Below, piece after piece: positions 24,401-36,400 of a DNA stretch of 64,000 nucleotides. The notes under the pieces are model-generated. The model worked only from the letters and a program-made list of their open reading frames with translations. It did no database searches and was not told where the DNA came from. This stretch comes from Vicugna vicugna (Eukaryota). The position numbers and the translations under genes are program-made. The stretch lies in assembly GCA_013265495.1 (NCBI GenBank), contig MU063738.1:248001-312000 (forward strand). The letters are read 5' to 3'. The number at the start of each line of letters is the position of its first letter. The stretch's first letter is position 1.

Positions 24401-27400
24401 GGAGGCTGCAACTTGCAGGAGGAGCTGCCAGAGCCTCCCAGGGGTCTGCTCAAGGGACCCGAATGGCTTTGAACAGAACGTTTCCATGCCTACTGTTCCC
24501 CACACTGGGCTTCCAGAGAAGGAAAGGCTTTGTTAGCATGAAAGGCTGGGACTCTGTTTCAGATCTTCCTCGATTTCTAGGACGAACTTCGCAGAGAGGC
24601 TGTAGAGATTTGGCCTCCACAGCCAAACAGCAGAGCGGCTTCAGGGAGCGACCCCTCCGGGGAGCGGAAGCGCCAGGTTCCTCCAGCCCAGTGTCCCTCC
24701 AGTCGAGGGACATATGATGCCAGCAGAGGGGCTGTTCTCACGCCCAGGAGCAGCCCAGACATGTGTAACAGAGGCAGAAGTCGTGCTGGCGCTGGACGCC
24801 CCACACAGGAAGCCAGGCTCCTGTTCCAGGATTTCACCTTCTGTCCTCAAGGTCACGGCCGTCTGCCCTTGCACAGAAGCCCCCGTGAAGCAGGAGGGAG
24901 AGGAGAGGGCACAGTGGATGCGGGGCTCGCTCGGTCCCCAGCCTGAGAGCACGGAGCTGCGGCGACTCCCCTCGCGTCAGCTCCCGTACACAGAGCCAGT
25001 TCTGATCCGCTCCTGTGGAGCCCTGACCCTCAGGGTTCGGGGGACCCTTCACGGGGACACTGCGTCCATGTGGTGCTTGTCTCCGCGCACTGACAGGCTC
25101 CTCCCCCACCCCCGAGCAACTCCATTTTTGGTAAACTGCAGACTTGGCCGCAGCACCAGCACTTCTGCGCTTCAGTTAACTCGTATTTGGCAAAACCGAG
25201 TCTACTCCGACCACCCGGCCGAGCAGCTGAATAGGAGCCGGCGTCCCCCCTACTGACTGAAAGGCTGGTGTCGGGGGGGGGGGGACGCACCTCAGAGGGA
25301 GAGCAGGTGGTCAGCACGCTGAGGCCCTGGGTCCCATGCCCAGCGCCTCCAATGACCCTCTAATGATCAATCAGTAAACCTGGTTGTTCCCCTCGCAAAA
25401 GGAAAGGCTGGTTTTTACCCTCAACGCCCCCAGCAGTCACCGAGGCCTCAGGCAGCACAACAGCCACCTGTCTTCCCCTGTCGCCCTCCTGGCAGAGCCG
25501 CACCTCCTCGGACCCCAGGCCCTCAGGGAAGGGCTGTCCCACTGTCCTCAAGCTTGTTGCCCGCAGGGGTCGTCTCACGAAGTCAGGCCTGGCGGCAAGA
25601 AGAGTGGTCTGTCTGGTCTTCTGCCACCAGCGCTCCAAGACGGGGCGCCCGGGGAGGTCACACATGCCTCAGGACAGAACTCTACGTCCCCACAGCGCCT
25701 CCTCCCTGGGGCTGCTGTGACTCACGGCCTCTCCTCGCGGGCTCTGGTCTGCTTACCCTCCTCCCACCACGCCCCGGCCCCCAAGGGGTGATGCGTGGAG
25801 GAGCTCGGTAGGCTCGGCAAGGACCGGTGTGTCCTCCTCACTAAGAAGCACGCAGGTTGTCCTCAACGCCTGACATTAGCACTCAGGCCGCCAGGAATGG
25901 CCCTGGACCTCTGCTTGCAGCTCTGCACTAGACCCTGAGGAGGGCCGGTCTTGACCCGCCCCCGCCCACCCCTCCTCGGTCCAGAGTGCCCCGTCCGCGT
26001 CCTGCCCTCCTCACCTGGGCCACCTTCTCAAGCTTGCATCTCACATCCGCGAGCTCCAGCTGGGCCTCCTGAAGTTTCGCCTTCAACTTCTGGTTTTCGG
26101 TCAGGGCGCCCTCGTAGAGCTGGGGGAGGGAGGGGACCGGTCACCCGCCGGGTGGGCTCCCAGAATTGGACCCCTAGCATCATCCCACCAGGGCCCGGGG
26201 CTTGCTACCCCCGGCCACCACGAGGGCAGACGGAGTGGTCTGGCGAGTGGAACCCACTCCCTGAACTCAGTGAATCCCAGGTGAAAGGAGCTGGACTTCA
26301 CTGCGAACCTCGGGGGTCGGCCCCTCCCTCCTGGAGGGAGAACATGTGCACTGCTGGAAATGGGGCTCCCACACAGAAGGGATCTGCTTTTCAGAGCCTC
26401 CCTGCATGTGTATTGATTTTAGTCAAGTTCTGCTTAGCAAAACATAAACAAAACAAACATTTTCTTTACAGAACAGCTTCTCCCAGCACTCCAAGCAGAG
26501 TGGAGAGGAAGGTTTCTGAGTCGCCATTCCCGCGAGAGCCAAAGGGAACGGCCTCCACTCCAGACGGCCGCGGTCACGCCTCCAGGAGCACCTGACCCGT
26601 GTTCACAGGGCCTCCTTAAAAGCTCGTGTTTGTTAAAAGCATGAGTCTACCTAGCGATTCTCCCGGACTCAAACAGCATCCCTTTTACTTCCCCTTCCTC
26701 CCCGCACCTAACCCCTCCTTCCCCAACACCTCTTAGGTGTCTGCCTCTGGGCCCATTTTCGCTGCGCTGAAAACAGACGAAGGGTCTCCGTGCTTCTGTC
26801 GAGAGGTGGGGCATCTATCCCGGAGCCCCTCCCGCCTCATCAGAGCTCCGTTCACTTTCCTACACCAGGGAAAGGCCGAGCGGCGCGCATGGTGCCACCC
26901 AAGATCGCGGACGCTGCGGGCCTGACCTTCCTGTAGTCCCTGTGGCCGTCCTCCTCCACGCGGCTGGTCAGAGTGGCGAGACGGGCCTCCCGGGCCTCCC
27001 GGCGCGCTCGTGCGGATGCCCGGTCACCATAAGAGTCGCTGGCCGCGGCGTTACTACCTCCTGATTCCAACCTGTGGGAGACATGTCAGAGGTAAAAACC
27101 GGCTTTGAGAACGGAGAGGGAGGGAGGAGGTGCTCAGGGAGTTCGTGCCTCTCCTACGCCCTGGCAGAAACAGGCTCCCGGCCTCACCTGGCAGCTCAGG
27201 CACGTGCTCAGAGGAGGAGGCCGGCACTTGCTAAGGGTGGGCCTTCCTTGAAAAATCAGTGGTTGGACCCTTGTGCTGACCTAAATCTTAGAGCTTTCCC
27301 AGTGAGTTCAGGGTTGAAGAGCTCCCCTCAGGAGTGCTTTTAACAGCACAAGGTTCTTGGATCTCAATGGCTCTCGGAAAGTGACTCCCGTGAACTGCCA

Positions 27401-30400
27401 GTGAGTCCGAACCCAGGTGGAGTCCGAGCGGAGGCCTAGGAGGAGGAAGGCAAGCGAGGGCGCCCAGGCTCCATGGCGGGGCTGCCCCGCCTGCGGGGGG
27501 CTGTCTCATCCCAGGTCACCGAGCTCGTGGGGTGGCTGGTGGTTTTCTTCCCAGGACTGTCTGGTCTTCAGTGGGAGGGCCCTTAGCTGGCTTCCTGTTT
27601 AAGTGGACAACTGCCATCCTGGTCCTCGTTTTACATTTACACACCCTGGCGTGTCTCTTTCTTTCCAGACTAACACATGGCCCACAAAACTGCCCTGTAC
27701 AAACCAGCCCTGAGAGCCCTACGTCCCGAACTGGGGCGGTCTGAAGAGTTGCAGCTGCAAGCTTTGGCCCGTGGGAGTTGCAGCCGGGGTGGGGGGTGGA
27801 CTGAGCACTGGAAGTGGGGGGACAATTAGGATGACATGGGGTAGGGGACAAAGTTCCTAAGGACACCGAGGGCCACAGTGTTCTTACTGAGACACCAAGT
27901 CCTACAACGTTTTTCAAAACATCCTTTCCTTCTTGTCCTTTTTTTAAAAAAAAATTGTATATAGAAATATCTTCATGGACTTTTGATTACAAAAGCAACA
28001 CGTGCTTGCTGACAAGTTCATGAACTAGTAACAAAGTGTCCAAAACAGAAGGTGAAGGCATCCCATGTCCTGCCCAGAAGTACCCACTAGGGCGCTAAAC
28101 ACTGAAGGGTGAAACATGTGCTCCCACAAATAAAGTCAGACCACACACTCGCTGTCTAGCTCCGCCTCCTCGCCCACCTGCTCACGGAGACTGAGGCTTC
28201 TCACCGAGGAGGGAAAGGCAGGCTTGCCTTGTTGGAGCGGCAGTGCACCCTCGTGTTGGGTGGCTTGTGGGAGCTGGGCCCTCCGTCGATGGGCACGTAC
28301 TGTTTTGAATTTCTAGCTACTATAAATAATGCTACAACGAGAAGACTTGTCTACTAACCTGAGTGTATTTGCTCAGCTATTTTCCCAGGATAAAATCTCG
28401 GACGTGGAACCGTTCTGTCGGGGTAAATGCACTTCAAATGCTGATACGTACTGCCCTCTAGAGAGGTCTGATCCTCTCCCACCCAACAGGAGTATCTAGA
28501 TGCTGTTAATCCCAACATTCTGAAGTCCTCATGGAGGCTCCGCGTGCCGGCTGCTCATCTCAGCTTCTGAGCTGCGTACTCAGCCTTTGCCGCGCTTCTC
28601 CTCACACTGCGGGAGCGTCCTATATATAGCAGGGCTTTTAAAACCGTAGGCTGTGAAAATTTCCCCTCCACTTTACTTTTTGTCTCTGTGTATGGTGTCT
28701 TTCACTAGCAGAGATTTTAAATTTTATATAATTAGAATGCACAATTTTTACCTTTATGGTAACATGCCTGGGGTGGGTTTTCCTATGTAAAGATTGTGTT
28801 GTCTTCTACTTTGGGAGTAAAATCTTTCTTCTTAAGGAGTGCAATCCAGCTGAAATTTGGTGGGGTTTTTTTGGTTTTGTTTTGATTTTGGTTTTTTTTC
28901 TAGTGTGGTTTGAGAGAAGCATCTATTTTCCAGTCCAGCTGATGGTCCCAATGATCAATGACTGAAGGGTTCCTTCCCTGGAGCTGGAAACTCACATGAC
29001 TTCTCGGGCTTTCTACTGTGTTCCAACAATCTCTGTTCTCACTGTTTTAACCACTACAGTTTTACTGCATATTTTGATGTCTGTAGGGACATTTCCCTTC
29101 ATAAATGGCCACTGTAACATAACAGTCCACAAAAAATTAACTATACCAAAGCACCCCCCTCCACCAATTTTGCAAAACGGATTTTCTGCTGGGTTAGGTG
29201 GAAACTGTATTTCACCTCAGCTGGTGCCTGGCAAGAGGGTGAGCAAAGGAAGAAAGCACGCACGTCTGTGAATTTACATTCGATTAGTGCTGAGACCGTC
29301 TGTCCTCTGCTCTGCTGTCCTGTAACTACACCTCCCGTCTCGCCAGCTTCTGCCTCAAGGGCTGCAGAAAGCGGGGAGTCAATGTTCCAGCCCCGCAGTC
29401 TCTACAATCCTATCCTGCAGGAAGGCGAGGTCTGCGCCCCGAGCATTAGGTGAAAAATCAGACGATCCTTCCCCCAACTCGGACATGCTCCTTTAACTTC
29501 AGCAGCTGCAGTTCTTTCAGCCAGTTAATACTGCGCACTGCCAGGAACGGGGAGTCCCCACCAGGAACGGGGAGTCACCGCCGGGAACAGGGAGTCACTG
29601 CCGGGAACAGGTTGGTCCGCTGTTATGTGACACGCCCACCTCTGCCGTGAAGTGCTCCGGCACCAGCAGGTCAGGCCCCGCCTCTTGTCTGCTCTGAGGA
29701 CCTGCCTGGACCCCTTCCTGGCACTTACAACATTACCTTCTCCCCAGTGGTCTGGGTGCCGACTGGAGGTGAGGACAGCGTCTCACTGAGAGCGCAGTGC
29801 CTGGTCCAGAGCTCAGGGAGGGGGACCTGGGGGCGGGAGCTGAGTGCACAGCACTGCACGCCTTCGGGTGGGAGATGTGCAGCCTGAGTGTGGTGGCGGC
29901 TGCGGGATGAGAGGGGAAGTGGGACGCGACGGGCTCCGTGACGCTGAGTGCGGGCGGACATGCACTGCCCGAGCACAAGCATGCACGCGGGGGGTTCTTA
30001 CCTAGAGAGCCTCTCATGCTGGAGAAAGGAGACAGACGGACAAACAGACAGACAAAAAATCAGCGTTAGCAAGGGACTGGACTCATCATTCCACTTATAA
30101 ATGAACTTCTCAAATCCAGTTGCAAACTCACGGCTGGAAACGTTTAAGGAAAGCAGCTGAAGGCCCTGAGCGGCGCACTCCCGCGTCCTGGGCCCACGAG
30201 ACCCGAGCCTCTGGGGGTGTCTTTTTAGACTGGACTCAGCAACGTAAGGTGATCAAAAACGGCTCCCCGTCCCGAAATCAAACTGCCCTCGTGCCCTGGG
30301 AGAGACTGGGTGCCTGTGTGACCTTCCTGGTCTTGACGTCCACTCCACGATGGCCCCTCAGCTGCAGCCCCGCCCCGCCCAGAGCGCAGTGAGGGGAAGA

Positions 30401-33400
30401 GGGCGGGGCAGGGTCCCATCCGAGTCCCCGGGAGGTCGGTCAAAAACAAGAAACAAGGAGGCAGCCTGAGGTCCCAGAAGGGGTTTCACAGGTCTGGACG
30501 GTGATGCATGACCTACAGTCACTGCAAACAACGGTGACTACGTCTGCTTTACATTCACTACCAATCGTATACAACCTTCACCCTCTTATCCACACTGTTT
30601 TTACAAATAAAAACTCAATTGATTTGAATGTATTTACTTCTTTCTCTTTTCAGGTTTTAACTACAAATCCCCAAGAACAGACAAGAAGGAAGAGGAGAAA
30701 CCAAGGGTGGACGACCTCTGGGGGCCCCAGGGACAGTGTGTGTGGACATGTCACATGCATGACAGCCCCACACCTCAGGTGGCTTAAGAGCCGGGGGACA
30801 GCACCACAGCCCAAGGGACGGACCCCCCCCACACACAGAAGCACACACACCACACACACCTACACCCACTTTTAAAAACACGCTGTTGTGAGAGGCTTCC
30901 CTAAAATTCCCTCATCTGTGACTGGGACACTATCTTCTTGCCGGTTACACCCTCAGTGCCGGCAGGGCCAGAAGGTGACAAGTGCTGGAGAGACATGGAC
31001 CCGAATGGCTCCTGGTCCCGGGAGCTGTGTGATGTCTGATGGCGGGGGCCTGGGCTGCAGCTTCTGCTCTGACATCTTCTCGCCATGCGACCTTGGGCGC
31101 ACGACCACACGCTCTATGGGGAACCTCAGGTGACAGTAGGGAGGGGGATGTCCTTCCTGCCCCCCACTTTCCAGCCGTGGAAGCATCACTGGCTGCTGGT
31201 GTGGGTGCGAGTGAGTTAGCTCAGGATCTTTGGGCGGGGACTGGGCTCACAGTCACCCAAACCAAAGGACGACCTCAGGGATCTTGGCTCTCGCCACTTC
31301 TGGGCAGCACAGCCTTTCCCAACTGCTCACCCACGCGGGAGAACCGTCCTGGACAGGCTCTCCCAGACCTGGAACACGGCCTGCATCCCACTAGGCCTCC
31401 AGCCTGTGGCATGGTTTCCTTCTCCCGCGAAGCGCAGGCCTGCGGGAAGCGGGGTGCAGACCAGGCCCGAAGGCCGACAGAGCACCTGTGCCTGACCTGC
31501 AGGCTCTCCCAGAAGGTGCCTAAACTCCTCCCTGAGAGTCTCTTCGTTGGGGGACTCAGCCACGTCGCCAGCTCCACGTCCTGCTGTGTGGACCCTGAAA
31601 GCCGCCTCTACAGGGAAGAGATGCCCTCTGCCCACTTCTGCCAGATGCCAAGCTCGGCCATGGCACACGCGCTCACTCCCGGGCTGACTCCACGAGTGGG
31701 GTCTGGACCAGCCCTGCTTGTCTGGAGCCGCGGACACCCCGTCTCAGGCAGGATCATGTTCTGCACGGCCTCTGCTGAAGGAGCCGATGCGACATGGGGA
31801 CAGTACAGACTTAGAAGTGCAGAGCACAGGTAAGCACTGCCACCCAGCACTCAAGCAGCTCCCAGGCTCCCCCGGGACAGGAAAGGGCAGGCCACAGAGG
31901 GCTTCCTCGGGCGCCGGCCTGTGGGGAGAGGTGTGTACGCGGTGCTCGAACCTGCACCGGCACAGCAGGGGGCGCGGAGACACACCGAGGGGCCCAGGAC
32001 ACACTCCTGCTCCTCCTGGCAGAGTGACCGCAGGCCATCAGTCTGCTGTCTGGTGTCTTCAGTCGTCTTACTAGTCGTGTCATCGGTTTCTTTTGGGGTG
32101 AACGTTTGTTGAGAGGTGTGGTGATGAAGGATCCAGAGATAAGACAGTGCCCATCACCAGACCGAGGCAGCCCTCGGTCCTTGCTCACTACTTCCAGCCC
32201 CACCCCACCAAGCTTCCCCCTGACTCTTGGAGCTTCTGGAGCCCTTGGGCCTCACACTGCTGACTTCAAAGGCCAGCCTGAGCTACTTTCCGAGAAGGTC
32301 TCTGCCCGAGCAGGAGAGGGGAGCTGGACCTCACAGGAGGGGTGGGTGCTGCCGAGGTGACACAGGCCCTGTGACGCACACGGTGTTGTTTCAGAGAAGG
32401 AAGATGCTGGGATTTCTAAAGGAGAGGAAGTTCTCATTCTAACAGGAGTCAGCTAAGAAAAATGCTCTTAGAGGCTGGAAGGCAGGCTGGGGTTTAGGAC
32501 CCAGCTCTCTCCGGTGTTTGGATCGTGCTTCCAGAAACGCCCGCTTTGCTTGGCTTCTTGATGCCCTTGATAACCCACTGTTCCATGAAAACACTGCTCA
32601 GGTTCAGGCAGAGAGAAGAGTTAGGGCTCATGGGTAAAAGGCACAGAGCTGCTGGACTGGTGACACTTAACTTCAGCTCTTCCCCTCCCCCCGCCCCGCT
32701 GTCACTCACACTACGCATGGCTTGCTGTGACCTGGACACGCGTCTCACTCCATAAAGCGGGCTGCCGTCCCCGTAGGGAGACTATCGAGTGGGTGCGCAG
32801 GGCAGGAGGTGAGGCAGGGGCTTGCCTGAGGGTCTGCGGGCCAGCAATGAGTGAGCACTTGAGGCCAGGGCCTCTCACGGGGTCCCCCAGGGACACGTGG
32901 GCAGGTCAGCGGAGTGGCAGCAGTGCGGTGTCCTGGAGGCCAGACTGCAGGCCCCTCCTGCCCCCGTCGGGGAGTGACCCCATCTTTGCGGGCAAGCTCT
33001 CTCAGCACGGAGCAGCTCCTCTCACTCTGCTCTGGAAGCCGGGTCTGGACGGCTCGCCCTCATTTATCTTAGAGAAGGTGAGCGTTCTGTCTGCCATGCG
33101 GCTGACGCACAAGGGAGACACGGCCTCTGCTCCGGGGGTCTCAGGAGGAAGCTCTGCTGCTCCACCTGCACCTGAAGACGACAGATGAGGCCACCAGGGC
33201 GGGACCCCCTGCTGAGCCCGAACCAGACGACAGCTGCTCAGAGAGGGAGTTACTCCACAGCCCGTGTGGCCCAGCCAGGGGCCGTGGACACTGTGCACGG
33301 GGCTGGAGCAGCAGGGACTGGAAGTTGCTCAGAAAGCAGAAGAGAAGACGGAAGGATGAGCAGCCAGACAGACCGCAGTTTAAGGTGCGCCAGGCTGACA

Positions 33401-36400
33401 AGCGGCTCCTTGCCGTCGTCCCTCCTGAGGTCCCCCACGACACCCCGCCGGCTGGGCCTGCTCCTGGCAAAGGGCCGGAGTGCAGATGGCCGCTCACTCA
33501 GACGGCGCAGCCAGTCTGATCGCGAGTTGCGCCGGGCTCGCAGAGCACCACAGACCCGCTCAGGGAAAGCCCCACGAAAGCCCGTAACTTGATGCTACTG
33601 GGAGCTCAGGAAGGCGCATAATTAAAGCCGAACTCTTGTGACCAAGTCTGAAATCAAGCCGTGGCTCCGGAGAGCTGGGCCCACCGAGGGCCGGAGCGCA
33701 TCACGGGTCAGCGCTGACGGAACCAGCTCCAAGGGCTCCCTGGGCTCAGGTTGCGACCGCAGTGACGGGAACGGCCCCGAAGAGGCCGAGCGGAGGGAGC
33801 GACCCGTCTTGTTCTCCACACCCAGCCTCGCCCTCCCGCCCCGGAAGGGGCTGGGGTCGTGGCCCTGGAAGACCTGCAGGGACGGGAAAGCACTTCTGAG
33901 TCTAAGAACCACCCCCTTGGGGCATCTCAGAGACACGGCTGCTGGGCCTTCTACCTCTGAGGAGGAGCACCTGCCGCGGCTCTGACGGCGGGGGTCTCGG
34001 GGGACGGAAGGCACCTTCTGAGGCTGCACTTCCAGGAACATGTCGGGGGTCCTGAATGATCTGGATGTGCACATGGGGAGTGTGGAATAAACTAAAGGTT
34101 GACACAAAGATGTGGCCGAGGGACAGTGACGACGAGGCCTGGGCCAGCACCCCCATCTGAAAAGGCAGCACCCCCTTAAGAGCACCAGGTCCTCCCTAGA
34201 CACCCTCCACTCTCTAGACACCCCTGCCCCCCCACACCCGCTGCCCCTTCGGTCGTCGGCCCAGCAAGCTCTCGGCTCTCAGGGCTGCCTGGTTACATCA
34301 GGCCCAGCGGGAAGCATCGCACTGCGTTTACACACCCTGGGGGTCGGGCCAGAACTCCGTGGGGGAGCAGGTCGGGAATTCTTGCCAGCACGAGGGTCCC
34401 CTCAAAACCACGGTCTAGTTTATCCACAAACCCCTCAAAGTAAGAGACACCCACGGCACACAGCCAGGCAGCTGCGGCCAAGTGGGTACTAGGCTGAGTC
34501 AGAGCAACGCTGAGGGCGCGGCCCCTGCTGGGGAGTGAGCGTCCGCTGGGCAACGGCCAGAGGGCCCCTCCAGGCCCAGTGAAAGTAGTGAACCACATCC
34601 AACTTCATCTTATCTCACTCCTCAGTGTGTCTCTACCAAGAACTCAGCACACGTGGAACAAAAACAGGAAAGGTCAAGAGACACAGCACGTAACTTGGGT
34701 TACACTGTAAACACCCCCAGAACCTCACTGCCAGCTGGTGGCCTGGCGGGGCAGGTGCGAACGGACACAGCAACGCCACTGCGCCTGCTCCGGTCCATCT
34801 CACTCCACCTCACACAGCAGGGGACCCATGCTTCTCTGCGTCCACGGACCGTGCCGCCTGGACGTCCCTGGGAGCACACCCCCCGTCCTCCGTGCGGTCC
34901 GCGCCTCCTCGTGGGTTTTCCAGCTCCTGAGGAGCGTCTGTGTCTTTTGAAACTCACACAACACATACTTACTGCAGAAGGAAAGACACAAATACACTAG
35001 GGCTTCCCTACAACGTCCAAGGCAAGCCCACAAAGCCACGTGCGGACTTGGTCCCGAGCCCGGCGACAGAACCAAGGAGACCGCACTGCCCCACACGTGG
35101 GCACCGGCACGGGGCCGCGCTTCCCGCGTGTCCTGCCTGTTCTCACATTCCCACAGCTCAGCATTTAGGTCCACACGGTGTGCAGGCCCCATGAAGTAAA
35201 CTCACGCGGATGATTCAGAACACAGGCTCAGAGCGCGTGGCAAAAGCGGCCTGACTGCTGGCCCTGAGGGCCATGCACACAGGGAAGCAGCCACCAGCCC
35301 CGCACCGACCAGCCCTCCCAGGCAGTCACTGACCACCGGTACACCTCTTCTGCGCCGAGCTCCCAGGTCCGCAGCCTGCAAAGAGGTGGGTTTTTTTTTT
35401 TACATGGTAAACATCACTGTCCAGCAGCCAACTTGGGTAGCAATTATTTTAATTTTATTAGCAATAGGTTATGAATCAAAACCCTTGCAAAGGGGTTCGT
35501 GGGGCTCCCTGGACCTCACATCTCAAGAGCAAGTAAATGCTCAGAACTAACAGAGGAAAACTTTTACCTCTAAGTAGGTTCCACACAAAGTTAGGGACTT
35601 GTTCTGTTCTCTTTCTTTCCTCTTTCCGCTGCTAAAGAAACCCCAATGCTGACGCACGTCCTTCCCAGCCCCCAACATGTCACTGACTGCAGCCACCAGC
35701 AGCCTGCGAGGCCCGCAGAAGGCGGCACGGCCGCCCCTCCCACGCCCCAGGCAGGAGCAGAGGGCAGAGCCGGGCCACGGCATCCCCAGCGTGCCCACTC
35801 TGTGAGGGGTCTCAGGGGGCAGAGGGGACACTGCCGCCAGGTCTCAAAGAGCCCCGCCTCAGGGAGGAAGATGCAGAGTGACGAGCCGAGTGTGACCACA
35901 TGCAGACGGTCCGGACACTCAGTCTGCGCAAGGGGCGACCAGGAGAGAGACCAGCGCCGACAGAAGGTCCTGATTCGGCTTCCTGGAGGCGTGACCCACG
36001 GCGGCACCAGCCTGAAATGGGGGTTGAGAAGACCTGCCCCGGGTGACCACGAGACCCTGGCTCGAGGTCGAGTCTTCAGACGCGGGATCTTTGGGTCTGG
36101 GGGTTAAATTTTGCCCCTAGAGCAAAACAGGTGTTTTAAAAGCGTAGCTCTTTGGGAGAGGGGACACATGTGCAGAATGCTTGGTTTTGGGGGTGAGAAG
36201 GGTCCCTCAGTTAGAAACACCTCAGAAATTCAGGCTCTTCTAATTCAGGACTTTGACAGGTTCTGAGTTCAAGCGCACCTTCGTACCATCTGCTTGAAAT
36301 TATTTTACAAGTAAATTACCAGCAGAAAAAAGATAAGAGAAAGGCCTTACTTAAAGCACCTGTGTTTGACCACCGACAGATGGCTTCAGAGTACTGCTTC

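Noticed and set aside
29536-29611. Regularly spaced repeats as a CRISPR-like array
   Set aside because: Units are contiguous with no unique spacers, and the context is a mammalian intron.
35595-35637. Plus-strand pyrimidine tract and AG suggesting an antisense gene acceptor
   Set aside because: It is simply the complement of the purine-rich 64-nt minus-strand exon candidate; there is no plus-strand exon chain.
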